From NCBI RefSeq assembly GCF_036321535.1, contig NC_087436.1:57786001-57850000 (forward strand): a stretch of 64,000 nt of DNA. Direction: 5' to 3'. Position 1 is the stretch's first letter. Every line of letters begins with the position of its first letter. The notes under the pieces are model-generated. The model did no database searches. It saw nothing but the letters and a program-made list of their open reading frames with translations, and had not been told where the DNA came from. Position numbers and translations under genes: made by a program. This document shows, in pieces, positions 50,151-62,405 of the stretch. The stretch comes from Camelus dromedarius. Lineage: Eukaryota.

Positions 50151-50675
50151 AACTTTATTTTCCTCAGACCAGGCAACCACAAAAAGAGTGAGCCAACTTG
50201 TTCCAGCTAACATCTTAAAGGAATTCAGCCTCACTCAAAGGCCTTTAAATCACAATGTTATAACATTTGAATAACTATGCATATCTTTGAAAATTAGATT
50301 TTCTGAAAGATCTTTAAGAGATGACTAGAAGTGCTGACTGTTATATAATCTATGTTTCTCATAGTCAGGGTTAACAAGATAATAAAAATCCTGCTCCCCA
50401 TTTAAACCATAAAATACAGAACACCTACTCAAAAAAGGGGAAGTAAATCAAGGCACCTCAAGGAACCAAGAGAATACAGAATCATAAACCAAGATTTATT
50501 AAAACCAAGAGAATACAGAATTATACAAAGATAAAGAAATTTTCCTGGGGAAATTTATTCAATAGTAAGTTCACTATTTAACAGCCTATCAGCTTCATAA
50601 TTGAATCGAATTCTCTAAGACAGAAAGTAACATAGAGATTGAATTCATATGTGAGGACTATTTTAGATGCGTATA

Positions 50676-50864
50676 CAGTTGACCTTTTAACAACTCCGGG
50701 TTAAGCCTAGTATAATTTAGAGTTGGCCTCCGTATCTGCAGTTCCTCCACATCCTCGTATTCAACCAACTATGGACCATGTAGTACTGAGAATTTACTAT
50801 TGAAAAATATCTGCTTATAAGTGGACCAGCACAGTTCAAAGCCTCATTGTTCAAGGCTCAACTG
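50676..50864. mobile_element. TcMar-Tigger MITE (Tigger2-like)
   Basis: TIRs cagttgaccttttaacaa / ttgttcaaggctcaactg, TA duplicated at 50674-50675 and 50865-50866. Confidence 0.85.
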
Positions 50865-50911
50865 TATTTGAAACACATATTTTATAAAAAATATATACTT
50901 TAACAACTGTA

Positions 50912-50962
50912 CACACAAACACGTGCACGCACACACACACACACGCACGCACGCACACACAC
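50912..50962. repeat. (CA)n/(CGCA)n microsatellite
   Basis: Seen directly. Confidence 0.85.
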
Positions 50963-51842
50963 CCCTCCACAAACCTGACACATGAGATAAAATCCAAATT
51001 CTGCAGTTTGGTATACAGTGCCCTTCAAAATGTGCGCTAAGTTTCCAATAATATCCACCACCGTTGCCTTACTCACAGGAATGTCCTGACACATAAAGTC
51101 TCCCAGAGCCCTGGATCTAGTGTGACTCTGTATGTTCTGAATATACAAGTTCAATGAGATATAGTTAAAATTAACTTAGCTGTCAGTTTTAATATATAAC
51201 AATTGTGTGGATTTAGAGAATATGAAAAAAAGAAGTTCCATCAAGTTCAAAGGCCTTCAAAGTTAAACAGAAAAAAATATTTATATATCTTAGTAGTCAA
51301 AAAGTACCTAAAATCCAATCTAGTCCCAATGTAAAAGTGTGGGAGATTTTTAGACAATATAATAGATCACAGACCCATACGAGTTCTTCCAATTTATAAT
51401 TATGTTAAAGATTATTTCTAGACCTCAGTATACTTAATATAATCCTAAACAAAAGCCTATTAATGTCTTGGCTGAGCTTCCCCAAAATTGCTTAAAATTA
51501 ACTTATTACTTTAATGGATAAGATTCTTTCAAATCTAGATATCAAATAAATAACAAAAATGTTTAAAAGAATAAAATCAGACATATTAGTTATATTATTA
51601 ATGTTAGGTATACATACTAGTAAAGTTTAATATCCATGTACTTGTAATGTGCTGAACTGGAGTAATACATAATTGAATAATTTAAAAATTATTTTAAAGT
51701 AGAAATTTTACTAAGTTTATATATATAGTATTGGAGACTATAAACTTAAAAAGCCATATACTTAGAAATTCATTAGAATACTCAAATACTAGGATATTTT
51801 GTTAATCATATTAACTAAAGTAGAGTACTTTAAAAAGGTAAA

Positions 51843-51948
51843 CAAATATACTTAACTTACAATTGCAGTTTATAATATTCGAAAGTGTTTAATAACTTTT
51901 CAAATATACTTAACTTACAATTGCAGTTTATAATATTTGAAAGTGTTT
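51843..51948. repeat. Direct duplication of 48 bp, period 58
   Basis: caaatatacttaacttacaattgcagtttataatatt(c/t)gaaagtgttt at 51843 and 51901. Confidence 0.9.
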
Positions 51949-52303
51949 TTTTTTCTTAATGGGACCAAATATTATTCAGATATCTAAAAATGACAAAACA
52001 GAAGGAGGGTGGGAAGAATGAACACAGAAAGAGAGGCTGAATGACTACAGACTTATATGGTTAAAGTCTTAATAAGAGAGATTTTTTATTTGTAATTTTA
52101 ATAAACTGTGGATTCATTTTAAAACCAAAGCAACTCCTACATGGTCTTTTCTGTCCACAAAAACCACTTTAAAGACACCATTGAGTCATTATGAACCAAT
52201 CTCTAACCTCTTAATGTAAAGTTATTTCTCTGTTCCTATGATCTTATAATAAGGTTTTTCCAAATTCTGTAAGAATACTTCTCGTTTTCTATTTAAAATT
52301 CTG

Positions 52304-52522
52304 ATAAATTGGGATTTGCAGATACTAACTACTATATATAAAATACATAAATAAACATCAAGGTCCTACTGTGTAACACAGGGAACTATATTCAATATCT
52401 TGTAATAGGCTATAAAGAAAAATAATATGAATAAGAATATATGTATATGTATAACTGAATCACTATGCTATAAACCAAAAATCAACACAACATTGTAAAC
52501 AGATTCTACTTCAATTAAAAAA
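52304..52522 (+). mobile_element. 5'-truncated L1 3' UTR
   Basis: gatttgcagatactaactac..acagggaactatattcaata..tacttcaattaaaaaa; TSD AAAATTCTG at 52295-52303 and 52523-52531; TTT/AAAA target. Confidence 0.9.
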
Positions 52523-52669
52523 AAAATTCTGTTTTCTTCAGTGGACTATGAGCTGCTCATAACCTGTTTTGTGTATTCATTATAAACTCAAATAAAATAT
52601 AACTGAATTAATTGCATTCTTCATCCTGAACTATTTCCTGAATAAGGTGATGTTTTTCATCTGTCCATA

Positions 52670-53280
52670 AAACTCTTGCTACCTTTGTTGCGTCACCATT
52701 TCCTCCTCATACTCATTAGAAGTGCACATTCCGTATGGCCAAGACCTCCACCCTGTGCTGTATCATCACTGGTTCTCCCTCAGGGTTCACCTACTCTCAG
52801 TTTTAACCATTCCTTCTCAAGTCAGTACAAGTACTTCAGCTTTGCCTTTGAGCTCCAGCTCCACATTTATGATTACCTGCCAGACATTAAAATTTTCCAT
52901 CTCATCAAATAAAATAGCTTTTTTTAAAAGTCAAAATAATTTCTTCAAAGCCAACATATTCTATGGTTTTCTCACTTTCTAGCAGGAGCAACATTATTCT
53001 TCCAGTAATCTACTACTGAAAACTTGGAGTCATTATTGGCATTTCTCTCTTTCGATCTACTTCCCTCCAATCTCAGTCAGTCTCCTTGATTTATTTCTCT
53101 ATGTATTTGTCCTTGTCTATCATTCTCTCTACCACCATCACCCCATCACCCTTAGCTTCTGCCACCATAGTTCAGGTCCTGATCATCTCCCACAGTTAGC
53201 AGTTGGCTAACTGTTCTTCCTGAGTGTTGTCTCTCATTGTCATTTTCTCAGATGTTGCTGCCAGAGTGATCTTTTTCAAC
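52670..53280 (+). mobile_element. L2 fragments
   Basis: gagctccagctcca..tacctgccagacat, aaaacttggagtcat, gttcaggtcct.atcatctc, gctgccagagtgatcttt. Confidence 0.6.
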
Positions 53281-54063
53281 AAATAACAGACAAAATAAAA
53301 TTTCAAAGACTAGACTTTATGGCATACGCACAATGTCTCTTTCTGAAAAGTTAACTTATTTCTCCAGATTGTAACCTTGCAGTAGGAACGCACAGTCAGT
53401 CTTCTTTCCAAAGAAATATAATTCTTTGAAGATGCTTCAAAGTGTCCTAGTTCCTACTGGTATATGGAAGAAAGAGCTAAGGTACCAGTCTCTCTCACTC
53501 AGGAGAATGGTAGTTGACCATTCTTAAAATTCTAAAACTGCATGAAAAATGAGAAGTGACACGAAATGAAATTCATGGATTATCCTAATTCTCATTTCTG
53601 TCAAGACTGTTTACTTCTTTTCCCTTAAATCTGCTAGTAATCCTTCTTAGTAGTTGTAGTAATGAACAGATTCAGGTTGCCTTTCAACTTTCCTCATTTC
53701 CTCAAGTCCAATCTTGTAGTTCTGTGTAGTAATTGTAGGACTGAAAACATAAAGTAAAGCCATAACAGTAAGACAACAAAAACACCAAGAAAGTGATAGG
53801 AGGTATTAGAAAATGCCTTGTTAGTAAATAAATGGCATAACTAAGATTTAACTGTATCTGGAACATTCTTGAAATTTAACTTTTGATTTTTTTATTCACT
53901 ATCAATGTTACTCAAGGTTTTAAGAATATTAGTATTATTATAAGAATATGAGGAAGGTTTTCAAAGTAAAAACATATTCCAATAATACAAAATAATTATA
54001 GTAAATACATTAAGTTAAAAACTAATAAATGAGACAGCTAAATGAATACTTGCACAAAAAGAT

Positions 54064-54661
54064 TCTATTAGTTTTCTACTGCTGGCATAACGAATTACCA
54101 CTAATTTTAGTTGCGTAAAATACGAATTTACTTTAGAGTTTTCTAGGTCAGCATGTGTCTCAAAAGACTAAAATCAAGATGTCTGTATTTTTGTATTCCT
54201 TAGGAGTTTAGGGGAGAATATATTTCCTGCTCATATGAGTTGTTGACAGAACTAAGTTTCTTGCAGTTGTAGGACTGAGGTCCCCATTTTCTTGCAGGCT
54301 TTTAACTGAGACAGTCCCACATTCTGAAAGCACCCACATTTCTTAGTTCGTGGTCTACTTCCTTACTTTTCAAAGTCAGCAACAGCTGATCCTCACCTCA
54401 CAGCTCTCTGACTTTCTCTTCTGCCTCTCTCTTTTCCTTTTAGAGTTCCTGTGGTTGCACTGGGCCCTCCTGGATAATTCAGAAAAATCTCCCCTTTGTA
54501 AGATCAGCTGATTAGCAAACTTAATTCCATCTGCTACCCTTGTTCCCCTTTTCCATATGATTCTCCTTTCTCTAATACATCCCTCATGCAATGTAACATA
54601 TTCAAAGTTCAGACGATTAGAGTGTGGACATGTTTGAGGGAACCTGATCCTGCTTACTACA
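54064..54661 (-). mobile_element. MaLR LTR (MLT1-type)
   Basis: tattagttttcta.tgctg.cataac.aattaccac, gcagttgtaggactgaggtcccc, ctgggccc.cctggataat.cag, agctgattagcaa.cttaattccatctgc, gattag..tgtggacat. Confidence 0.85.
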
Positions 54662-55463
54662 AGTATACAATCAATGTATTTGGAAATGGGGAGGTATGTT
54701 TTCTTTTTTCTTAATGTAAAGGAATTCTAAAAATTATTCTTCAGTAAATATTACACTAAGATATTTATGCATTAATATTACCTTTAAATAGTGGCAAAAT
54801 AATCTTCATTTTTATTTGAACTCAAGCTTTTTTAATAAGTAATATATCCAAGATATTCAAGATATTACACATGCTAGAGTAGGTTTTGAAGTTAGGACCA
54901 CAATCCAGATATACTGTCTCTAAATCTTACCTGAATACACAGCTCCTTAGGTAAGAAATAACCTTTGAAATTTCCCTGAAAGCTGTTTCCATTAATTCAT
55001 TGAGTAAAAATTAACGATCTTCCTTGTATCAGGCATTGTTGAGAATTCATTATGGAAGAAATCAGAAAATTCCATTGCTCTCATGGAACTTCTGTTCTAA
55101 TACAGGAGAGCAGACAATAAACAAATAGAACAAATAAAATATGTCAGGTGGCAAATTCCTTGAAAATATAGAGCAGGATGTGAAGGCAGGAGCTGAGAGG
55201 CAGCCTGGGATGTGATCCTCTTCATCACTGACCAGATGCCCAAAGAGAACAGGACTTTTTAAAATACAGACTTGAGTCCCTGAAGGGACACTTGATTTAA
55301 GTCCAGATTCTAAATTGCAATGAGTTTCCTACTTGAGTGCTGCTTACGACTAAGTCCTTCAATTAGTTTTTCAAGGGGGACTTAGTAAGATTTATCTCCT
55401 CAGTGGAGTTTATAAACAGAAAGCCACATTGAATGTCCATAATCTACATTTGGTCCCAGAAAA

Positions 55464-55673
55464 CGACACTTCCCTAAAGCCCGTGCCCAGCTGTGGGCTT
55501 AGATCTCCCGTGGCCACTCCGTAATACTTGACTCCACTTGACGAGTGATCTCGACGACTCCTCCGCGGGCTTTTCCCGTCTTTATGTGAAATTCCCACAC
55601 CCACGTACTGGCTAATAAGAACACTTTGCTCTACACAGGCTGGACCATCTAATTTCAGACAAAGGAATTTCAC
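55464..55673. promoter_or_regulatory. CpG-retaining patch with kappaB-like sites
   Basis: 11 CpGs in 55464-55605; GGGCTTTTCCC 55567, GTGAAATTCCC 55586, GGAATTTCAC 55664. Confidence 0.35.
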
Positions 55674-55710
55674 TGGCTGCTACATTAGGTCATGGCTTCT
55701 CAGCGTAGGC

Positions 55711-55853
55711 CAGTGTTTCTCTGCAGAGCGGAATAATCTAAGAAGCTTTAAAAATGCCAAGTCCCACCCCCAGAGACTGATCGATTTGTTTTGGGGTGGG
55801 AAGCAGGCACTGCACATTTTTTTTTAAACAGCTGCTCAGGTTAAGAACCACTG
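55711..55853. mobile_element. hAT-Charlie MITE (MER5A-like)
   Basis: TIRs cagtgtttctc / aagaaccactg; cccacccccagaga.tgat. Confidence 0.75.
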
Positions 55854-56339
55854 CATTAGTCTGACCATAGTTTTCTGGAGCTGGGCATTCTAGAGTCTTC
55901 CTAGCACTGACTAAAATTTTCCTGAATTATGTCTGGATATGACCCTGCATTAAAAGATACTGACATGCTAATTTTTCTTCTTGATTTCAAAATTATTTAT
56001 CTGGAGAGACATGGTTTTAGGAAATAGATTCCATCATTATCATAATTTTATGGTGCTCAGTCATAAAACTTGTGTTTCTCCTCATCAGCTGAAAACAGGC
56101 ACAGGAAAGGGAGAACCATTCACTCAGTTCTCCATCAATCTAACAGAGCATGGGCTCCCAGGATCACGCAACACATCTTTCTTTCTTCTTGTTCTAATTC
56201 AGCTGAGAAATGGATGTGCTTTGGCTCAGTGCTTTTACATATTTGCAGCCAAGGTGCCAGCTGTCAATTTAGATATCTGGCTATAATTTAGTAAGTTGTT
56301 GACCCTTACTTATGTATAAAGAATGGATTTGAATGCCAT

Positions 56340-56547
56340 GTGACAGGAATATCTCCCCTCAATCTCACTTCCCACGTGGTGAGAAGGCAGTCATCTGCGA
56401 GCAAACAGGAGGGAGCTGACCAGACGCCAACTCTGCTGGCACCTTGCTCTTGCACTTCCAAGCCTCTAGAACTGAGAAATGAATTCCTTTTATTTAAGCC
56501 ACCTAGTCTATGTTGTATTGTTATGGTAATCCGAGCAGACTAAGACA
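56340..56547 (+). mobile_element. MaLR LTR 3' half (MLT1A/B-type)
   Basis: gagaaggcagtcatctgc, tctgctggcaccttg..cacttcca.gcctctagaactg, tttaagccacctagtcta, gagcagactaagaca. Confidence 0.85.
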
Positions 56548-57069
56548 GCACTGAAGGTTGTCTATTGATTTACCTATATCCCTCACTAGACTATATGCTT
56601 TAAGAAGCAGAAACTGTGTCCTTTTCACCCTGTGTCTATAGTGTTTAGACCATTACTGGCACACAGTAGGTATGCTATAATAGAAGCAAGATGGTAGAGG
56701 AGTGAAGAAAGCACCTTTGAAATCAAACAGATTTAAGTTTCAATATTAAATCTATTACTTTTACAGGGAAGTTAATTAAATTCTCTATTTCATATATGTG
56801 AAATATATGCACATTGAAGTTATCTACCTCATATAGCTTTTGTGAGAAATAGAACAGTTACAGATACACAGGTAGAGCATAATAAACTCTCCTAAAATTA
56901 AAGTTATTATAATTGATTGACGGAATGATTGAGATCTAAACATCAGTAATGATGGTAGAGATTCCAGGGCCATTCCTGAAACGGATTTAGAAAAAAGAAC
57001 TCCTTTATCCATATTAGACTGAATTACAAACTTCCTGCCAAATGAATTAAGTAGTGTCACATGATAAGG

Positions 57070-57437
57070 TGGAACTCCATTAGTTGCAGACTACAAAAAA
57101 AAAAACCAATTCTAACTAGGGAGAACTGGATCCTTCAGGAATTCAAAGACCATCTGCAATCTCTCTATGCCTCTTACCTTCAATCTGAGTATTGGCTTTA
57201 TTCTGTCAGTCTGGTTGTCTGCAACAATCAGGACTGCAGGTGTCTCTCAGCTTTTTATTCTTTAAGCCTTGGACCAAGAGGAAATTTCTTATAAGTTTCC
57301 CTTATAAAAACCTTGTTAAAGGATTCTGGTTGATATACCTTGAGTGACACGTTCATTATTGGACCATCAGGTCTATGGAATTGATATGAGGGGTGCCATT
57401 GTTGGTCCAGCGTGCATCATAAACTCAACATTTCAGG
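57070..57437 (-). mobile_element. Old MLT1-type LTR remnant
   Basis: ttagttgcag..acaaaaa..ccaattctaactag terminus, ttggaccatc, ttggtccagc. Confidence 0.45.
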
Positions 57438-57465
57438 GTGTGTGTGTGTCTGTGTGTGTGTGTGT
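57438..57465. repeat. (TG)n microsatellite
   Basis: Seen directly. Confidence 0.9.
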
Positions 57466-58319
57466 AAAATAATAGTGGTATTGTTCTGAATACATGAAAT
57501 GGCACAGATAGCTTGTGGAATATTACTAGAGATGATATTGCTCTTTCTCTTATAGCCGACAGTGTTACAGACTACATTTTAATCAACCCTCTATGGAATG
57601 GGTAGCTTGTACAATTTCTAAGTTAATTAATTCCCACTCATTTGATAAAGTGGTTCCTCAAAAAGCAATGTTCACAACATAGTTCGATGGATGAGATTAG
57701 AAAGTTAAAAATAGTTAAATGGAGACCTTTCCTAAATCTTGTAAGTAGAAGAGAGCACCCACCCTCTAACTGCTGTGAATGGTTTTTTTTTTTTTTTTTT
57801 TTGGTAAATTAAAACAAGCTTTATGTATACCAACTACAGTACATCTTATCTTTATAGTTTATGATTTGACAATGATACCTAAAACCCCAGTGAACTTTGA
57901 ACAGTTTCATAAGAGAACAGGTAAAGTGGAATTCTGAACAGACTACCAGGAATTATCATGTTCAAATTTAAATATGACTCCTGCGTGGGACTCAGATACA
58001 ATAATTGGATAAATGTAAGCATATCTCTAGGAAGAGAAATTGTAGGACTGAAAAACCAGATGTTAACCATGAAGCTTACTTCTCCCAGGTTTCCAACGCT
58101 TAAGACAAATGCTTTAGATTTGATATACACAAGAGAGTTTTCAGCCTAAAGTTTAAAATAGCTCCTCATTTAGCTTGTTTCATTAGAAAGCTTAAGTTCA
58201 AATAAAAATAAAAAATTCAGATTCTTTTGCCACTGTTTAAAGCTAATATTAATGCATAAATATCTTAGTGCAGTACTTACTGAAGAATAACTGGAGGCGT
58301 TGCATTAAATATTGTATAT

Positions 58320-59954
58320 GGTGAATAATCATCAAATTTGCATGGAAACACAGAAGACCCCAGATAGCCAAAGCAATATTAACAAAGAACAAAGCTAAGG
58401 GTATCATGCTCTCTAATTTCAAACTATATACTATAAAGCTATAGTAATCAAAACTGTATATAGTACAGGCACAAAAACAGACATAGATCAATGAAATGGA
58501 ATAGAGAACCCAGAAATAAATCCATACTTATGCAGTCAGTTAATCTACAAAAAAAGTGTCAAGAATACACAGTGGGGAAAAAGTCGTATCTTCAAAACAG
58601 GTGTTGGGAAAACTGGACAGCTACATGCAAAAGAATGAAACTGGACCACTTTTTTATACCAAATACAAAAATTAATTCAAAATGAGTTAATGACTTAAAT
58701 GTAAGACCTGAAACTGTGAAACTCCTAGAAGAAAAGACAGGCAGTACCGTCTTTGACAAGTCTTAACAATATTTTTTCAGTCTCCTCAGACAAGGGCAAC
58801 AAAAGCAAAAATAAACACATGGGACTACACTGAACTAAAAATCTTTTGCAAAGCAAAGAAACTATCAACAAAATGAAAAGGCAACCTACTGAATGGGAGA
58901 AGATATCTGCAAATGATATATATGATGAGGGATTAATGTCCAAAAGTATAAAGAACTCACTCAACCCAATATCAAAAAACAAAACAAGACAACCTGATTA
59001 AAAAATGGGCAGAGGGTCTTAACAGTCATTTTCCCAAGAAAGACATACAGATGGTCAACAGACAGATGAAAAGATGTTCAACATCATTAATCATCAGGGA
59101 AATGTAAATCAAAACCACAATGAGATACCATCTCACATCTGTCAGAGTGGCTATTAACAAAAAGATAAAAAGAAAAAAACAAGCAAGTGTTGGTGAGGAT
59201 GTGGAGAAAGGGAACTTCCATGTGCTGATGGTCAGAATATAAACTGGTGTAGCCACTATGGAAAACAGTAAGAAGGTTCCTCAAAACACTTAAAATAGAA
59301 CTACCATATGATCCAGCAATTCCACTTCTGGGTATTTTTCCAAAGAAAACAAAAATACTAATTTCAAGAGATACATGTGCCCCTACGATCACTGTACCAC
59401 TATTTACAATAGCTAATGAAAGCAACCTAAGTACCCAAGGATAGATGAATGGATAAAGATGGATAAAGATACACATAAACACACAATGGAATATTACCCA
59501 ACCATGAAAAATGAAATTTTGCCATTTACAACAATGTGGATGAACCTAGAGGGTATTATGCTAAATGAAATAAATCAGACAGAGAAAGAAAAATACCATA
59601 TGATTTCACTTATACATGGTATCTAAGAAACAAAACAGAAACAGATTCAAAATTAGAGAATAAACTGGTGGTCACTAGATGGGAGGGAGGTGTAGGATGG
59701 GGAGTTGAATAAAGTGAGAGATGGGGATTAAGAGGTACAAACATCTAGTTGTAAAATAAATAAGCCATAGGGTTTTAATGTAAAGCATGGGGAATATAGT
59801 CACTAATACTACAGTAACTTTGTATGGTGACAGATGGTTATTACATTTATCATGGTGATCAATTTGTAATGCATATTAATGTTGTATTACAATGTTGTAC
59901 ACCTGAAACTATGAGATTGCATGTCAACTATACTTCAATTAAAAAATGAAAGAA
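58320..59954 (+). mobile_element. 5'-truncated L1 (decayed ORF2 C-terminal part plus 3' UTR)
   Basis: ORF2 peptide remnants (WNREPRNK, CWENWTATCKRMKLDH), gaactaccatatgatccagcaattccacttctgggtat, tail gtcaactatacttcaattaaaaaa; TSD AAATATTGTAT at 58307-58317 and 59955-59965. Confidence 0.92.
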
Positions 59955-60639
59955 AAATATTGTATGTAATCAAAATGATAAATAAGCCAAAAATAATAAC
60001 ATTTTGTTTGCATATTTCAATGACCATTCTTATGTCTCTGAATCTGAGAATAAAAATCCTTTTTGCACTAAACCTGAGTTCCACAGAGTCCCTATCATTT
60101 GCTACCTGAATGTAAGCTGAATTTTAATAATATTGCAAAAGACAAGTTCAGCAAGAACGATCATCACAGATCAGATAATAATTCCAAGTGACACAAAACA
60201 GTACTCCTTTCTGAACTGCCGTAAAACAAATTCATTTTAATGACTTGAAACTACCTTTGGTTCTCTTTTTATTCTCCCATTCCTTAGCAATTAAGAAGAT
60301 AAGCGTATTTCTCTATAGTGATGTAGAGTCATTGTCACAAACCAGGAGTAGCCTGCTTTTGAGGGATAGAATGGTTAGTTTCTTTACAAAGGCTGTTATC
60401 TAGATAGTTGTTTCTGACACTGCCTTTTCAAATTACCCACTGCAATACTCCCAAAAAAGATAAGAAAATGAAAATCTGCGAGATTTAAAAGTCAAGACGG
60501 TCACTCAGCTAGATTCTGGGAAGATGGTCCACTAACTATAAACCAAACGGATCTGGATTGAGAAACATACTCAAGAAGGCAGGTCAGGTTATCTAATTGA
60601 CCCTAATATGACTTATGAGGATTTAAGCATATTTAAAAT

Positions 60640-61620
60640 GTAATAATGTGCTTATTTAAGGCATCACAAATCAATGAGAAGGGGAGGACTTTTCACTGCA
60701 CAGAAAACTGTTCACCTGTTTCGGAACACAATAATCATTTAGTTCTTTATAGAATATCATACCAGAAAAGAAGAGAAAAAAAAAAACAAACCAAGACTCA
60801 GATGGGTTGAAAAGATAACTGTAAATATTCAAACCCATGAAAGAGGTGGAGGGGAGGTGGCAAGACAGTCTAAGTCTGATTTCTTACCAGGAAATGCCTT
60901 CCTTGTATGAAAGTTAGTAGATGAAGTCATAAGGAAGGTGATTTGACTGTACTAAAATTACAACTTTCTGTAAGTCAAAACAAAATAAATTAAAAAGCAA
61001 ATCATGCACTAGAGAAACATTACAAAGAAATACAAGGGGGAAAAAAGACTTAGCATGGAAAGATCTCACAAAAATTGATAAAAATATTATGCTTGAAAAA
61101 TATAAATGAAAGAAAAATATGCACAACTAAAAAAAAGAAACATGAATGCTTATTTGACATTAATAATACAGGAGATTGCAGATTGATTCTTTTTTTCCCT
61201 ACAGTCATCAAGGGTTTACAATAATGTGACTCCTTAGTACTGACAAGTGGACTGAAGTATTACATTTTGTAAATAGGCACTCTCTAATTGCTGGTGGAAT
61301 GGAAAAATATTTTGAAGAAAAAATGACTAGGAATAACACTTAAAAACTGAAAGAGAATGCTGTACACTTTAGGTTAGCAATTTCATTTTTGGAAATCTAT
61401 TTATTACATTCATTATAAAACTTTAAAGAGTAAAAACAAAAAAAACCCTAAATATTAAAAAATAGAGGGTTATTTGCATAATTATGCCCATAAAATACAT
61501 CTATACAGGTTTGTAAAATTTAATAAGGAAAACCCACTAAAATACTAACACACATTATTCAGAGTAGCATGATTATGGATTTTTTCTTATTTCCCAAGTT
61601 TTCTATAAAGAATAATTAAG
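60640..61620 (+). mobile_element. Ancient L1 ORF2/3' remnant
   Basis: A-rich; taaaattacaactttctg, ggcactctc..attgctggtggaatg, tagcaatttcatttttggaaatctat. Confidence 0.55.
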
Positions 61621-62231
61621 TCTAATATAACTAGATAAAAACAAACAATTTAAAATTCCCTGTAAATTGAAGTGGGAAATATATGTGCATAATTATTGAA
61701 GAACATCTAATTCCAGGGCATTTTATCTTTTCCTCTTGAATCAGCTTGGAAACTTAGAAGACCATGTACTTGGTTGAAAATCCCTAACACTATTTAGAAT
61801 TGCCTTCTTGGGTATTCATAGTTACGTTCTCAGCTTTTATCAGAAAATTATATCAAAACAGTCATATGTACATTTGGCTTACAAACGCTATTGAGGAGAA
61901 TAAAGTCCTTTGTGAGACACTGTTTTGAAGCGTATGGTATGTTTTATCGTTTTAATAATAATAATACCTGTGTAACCGACCATGTCTTTTTTGGGCTTTT
62001 AAGAGACTGGAACCAAATTCTTAAGCTCTAGTATCTTAAGTATCTTAACTATATTAGTTGACTTTAGCATATTTTGGTTTTTCTGTTTCTTAGTTTTCCT
62101 TTATTTGACCTTGACTTAGTTCTAATATATCATTTATTTGCTAATTCTTTATTATTTATTTTAATGTATTTTTTATTCTTTCAAGTGTCCTTGAACCCTC
62201 TGTGGAGGAAGCCAAATCTGCAAAATAACTC

Positions 62232-62405
62232 CAGGGATCAGCAAATGATGGCTGGCCCTAGGCCTCTTTTTGGTACAGTCCTTGAGCTGAAATAAGTTTT
62301 ACATTTTATAGAATTATAAAAAACACATACATACATATATAAAAAAGACTATTTAACCATAAGTGGCCCTTAAGCCTAAAATATTTTAATGTTTGCCAAC
62401 CCCTG
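62232..62405. mobile_element. hAT-Charlie MITE (MER58-like)
   Basis: TIRs cagggatcagcaaa / tttgccaacccctg; gtggccc..aagcctaaaatattt. Confidence 0.75.

Noticed and set aside
39017..50151. Paralogous ORFs (39017-39331, 49698-49925, 49822-50151) suggesting a duplicated gene
   Set aside because: They lie in the U3 of the two LTR copies, and the frame is broken between copies; similarity only reflects the repeat
51843..51948. CRISPR-like repeat-spacer
   Set aside because: Only two copies, 10-bp spacer, mammalian context, no cas genes
58249..59482. Cluster of ORFs on both strands
   Set aside because: Fragments and antisense frames of a decayed, 5'-truncated L1 ORF2 with many stops and frameshifts
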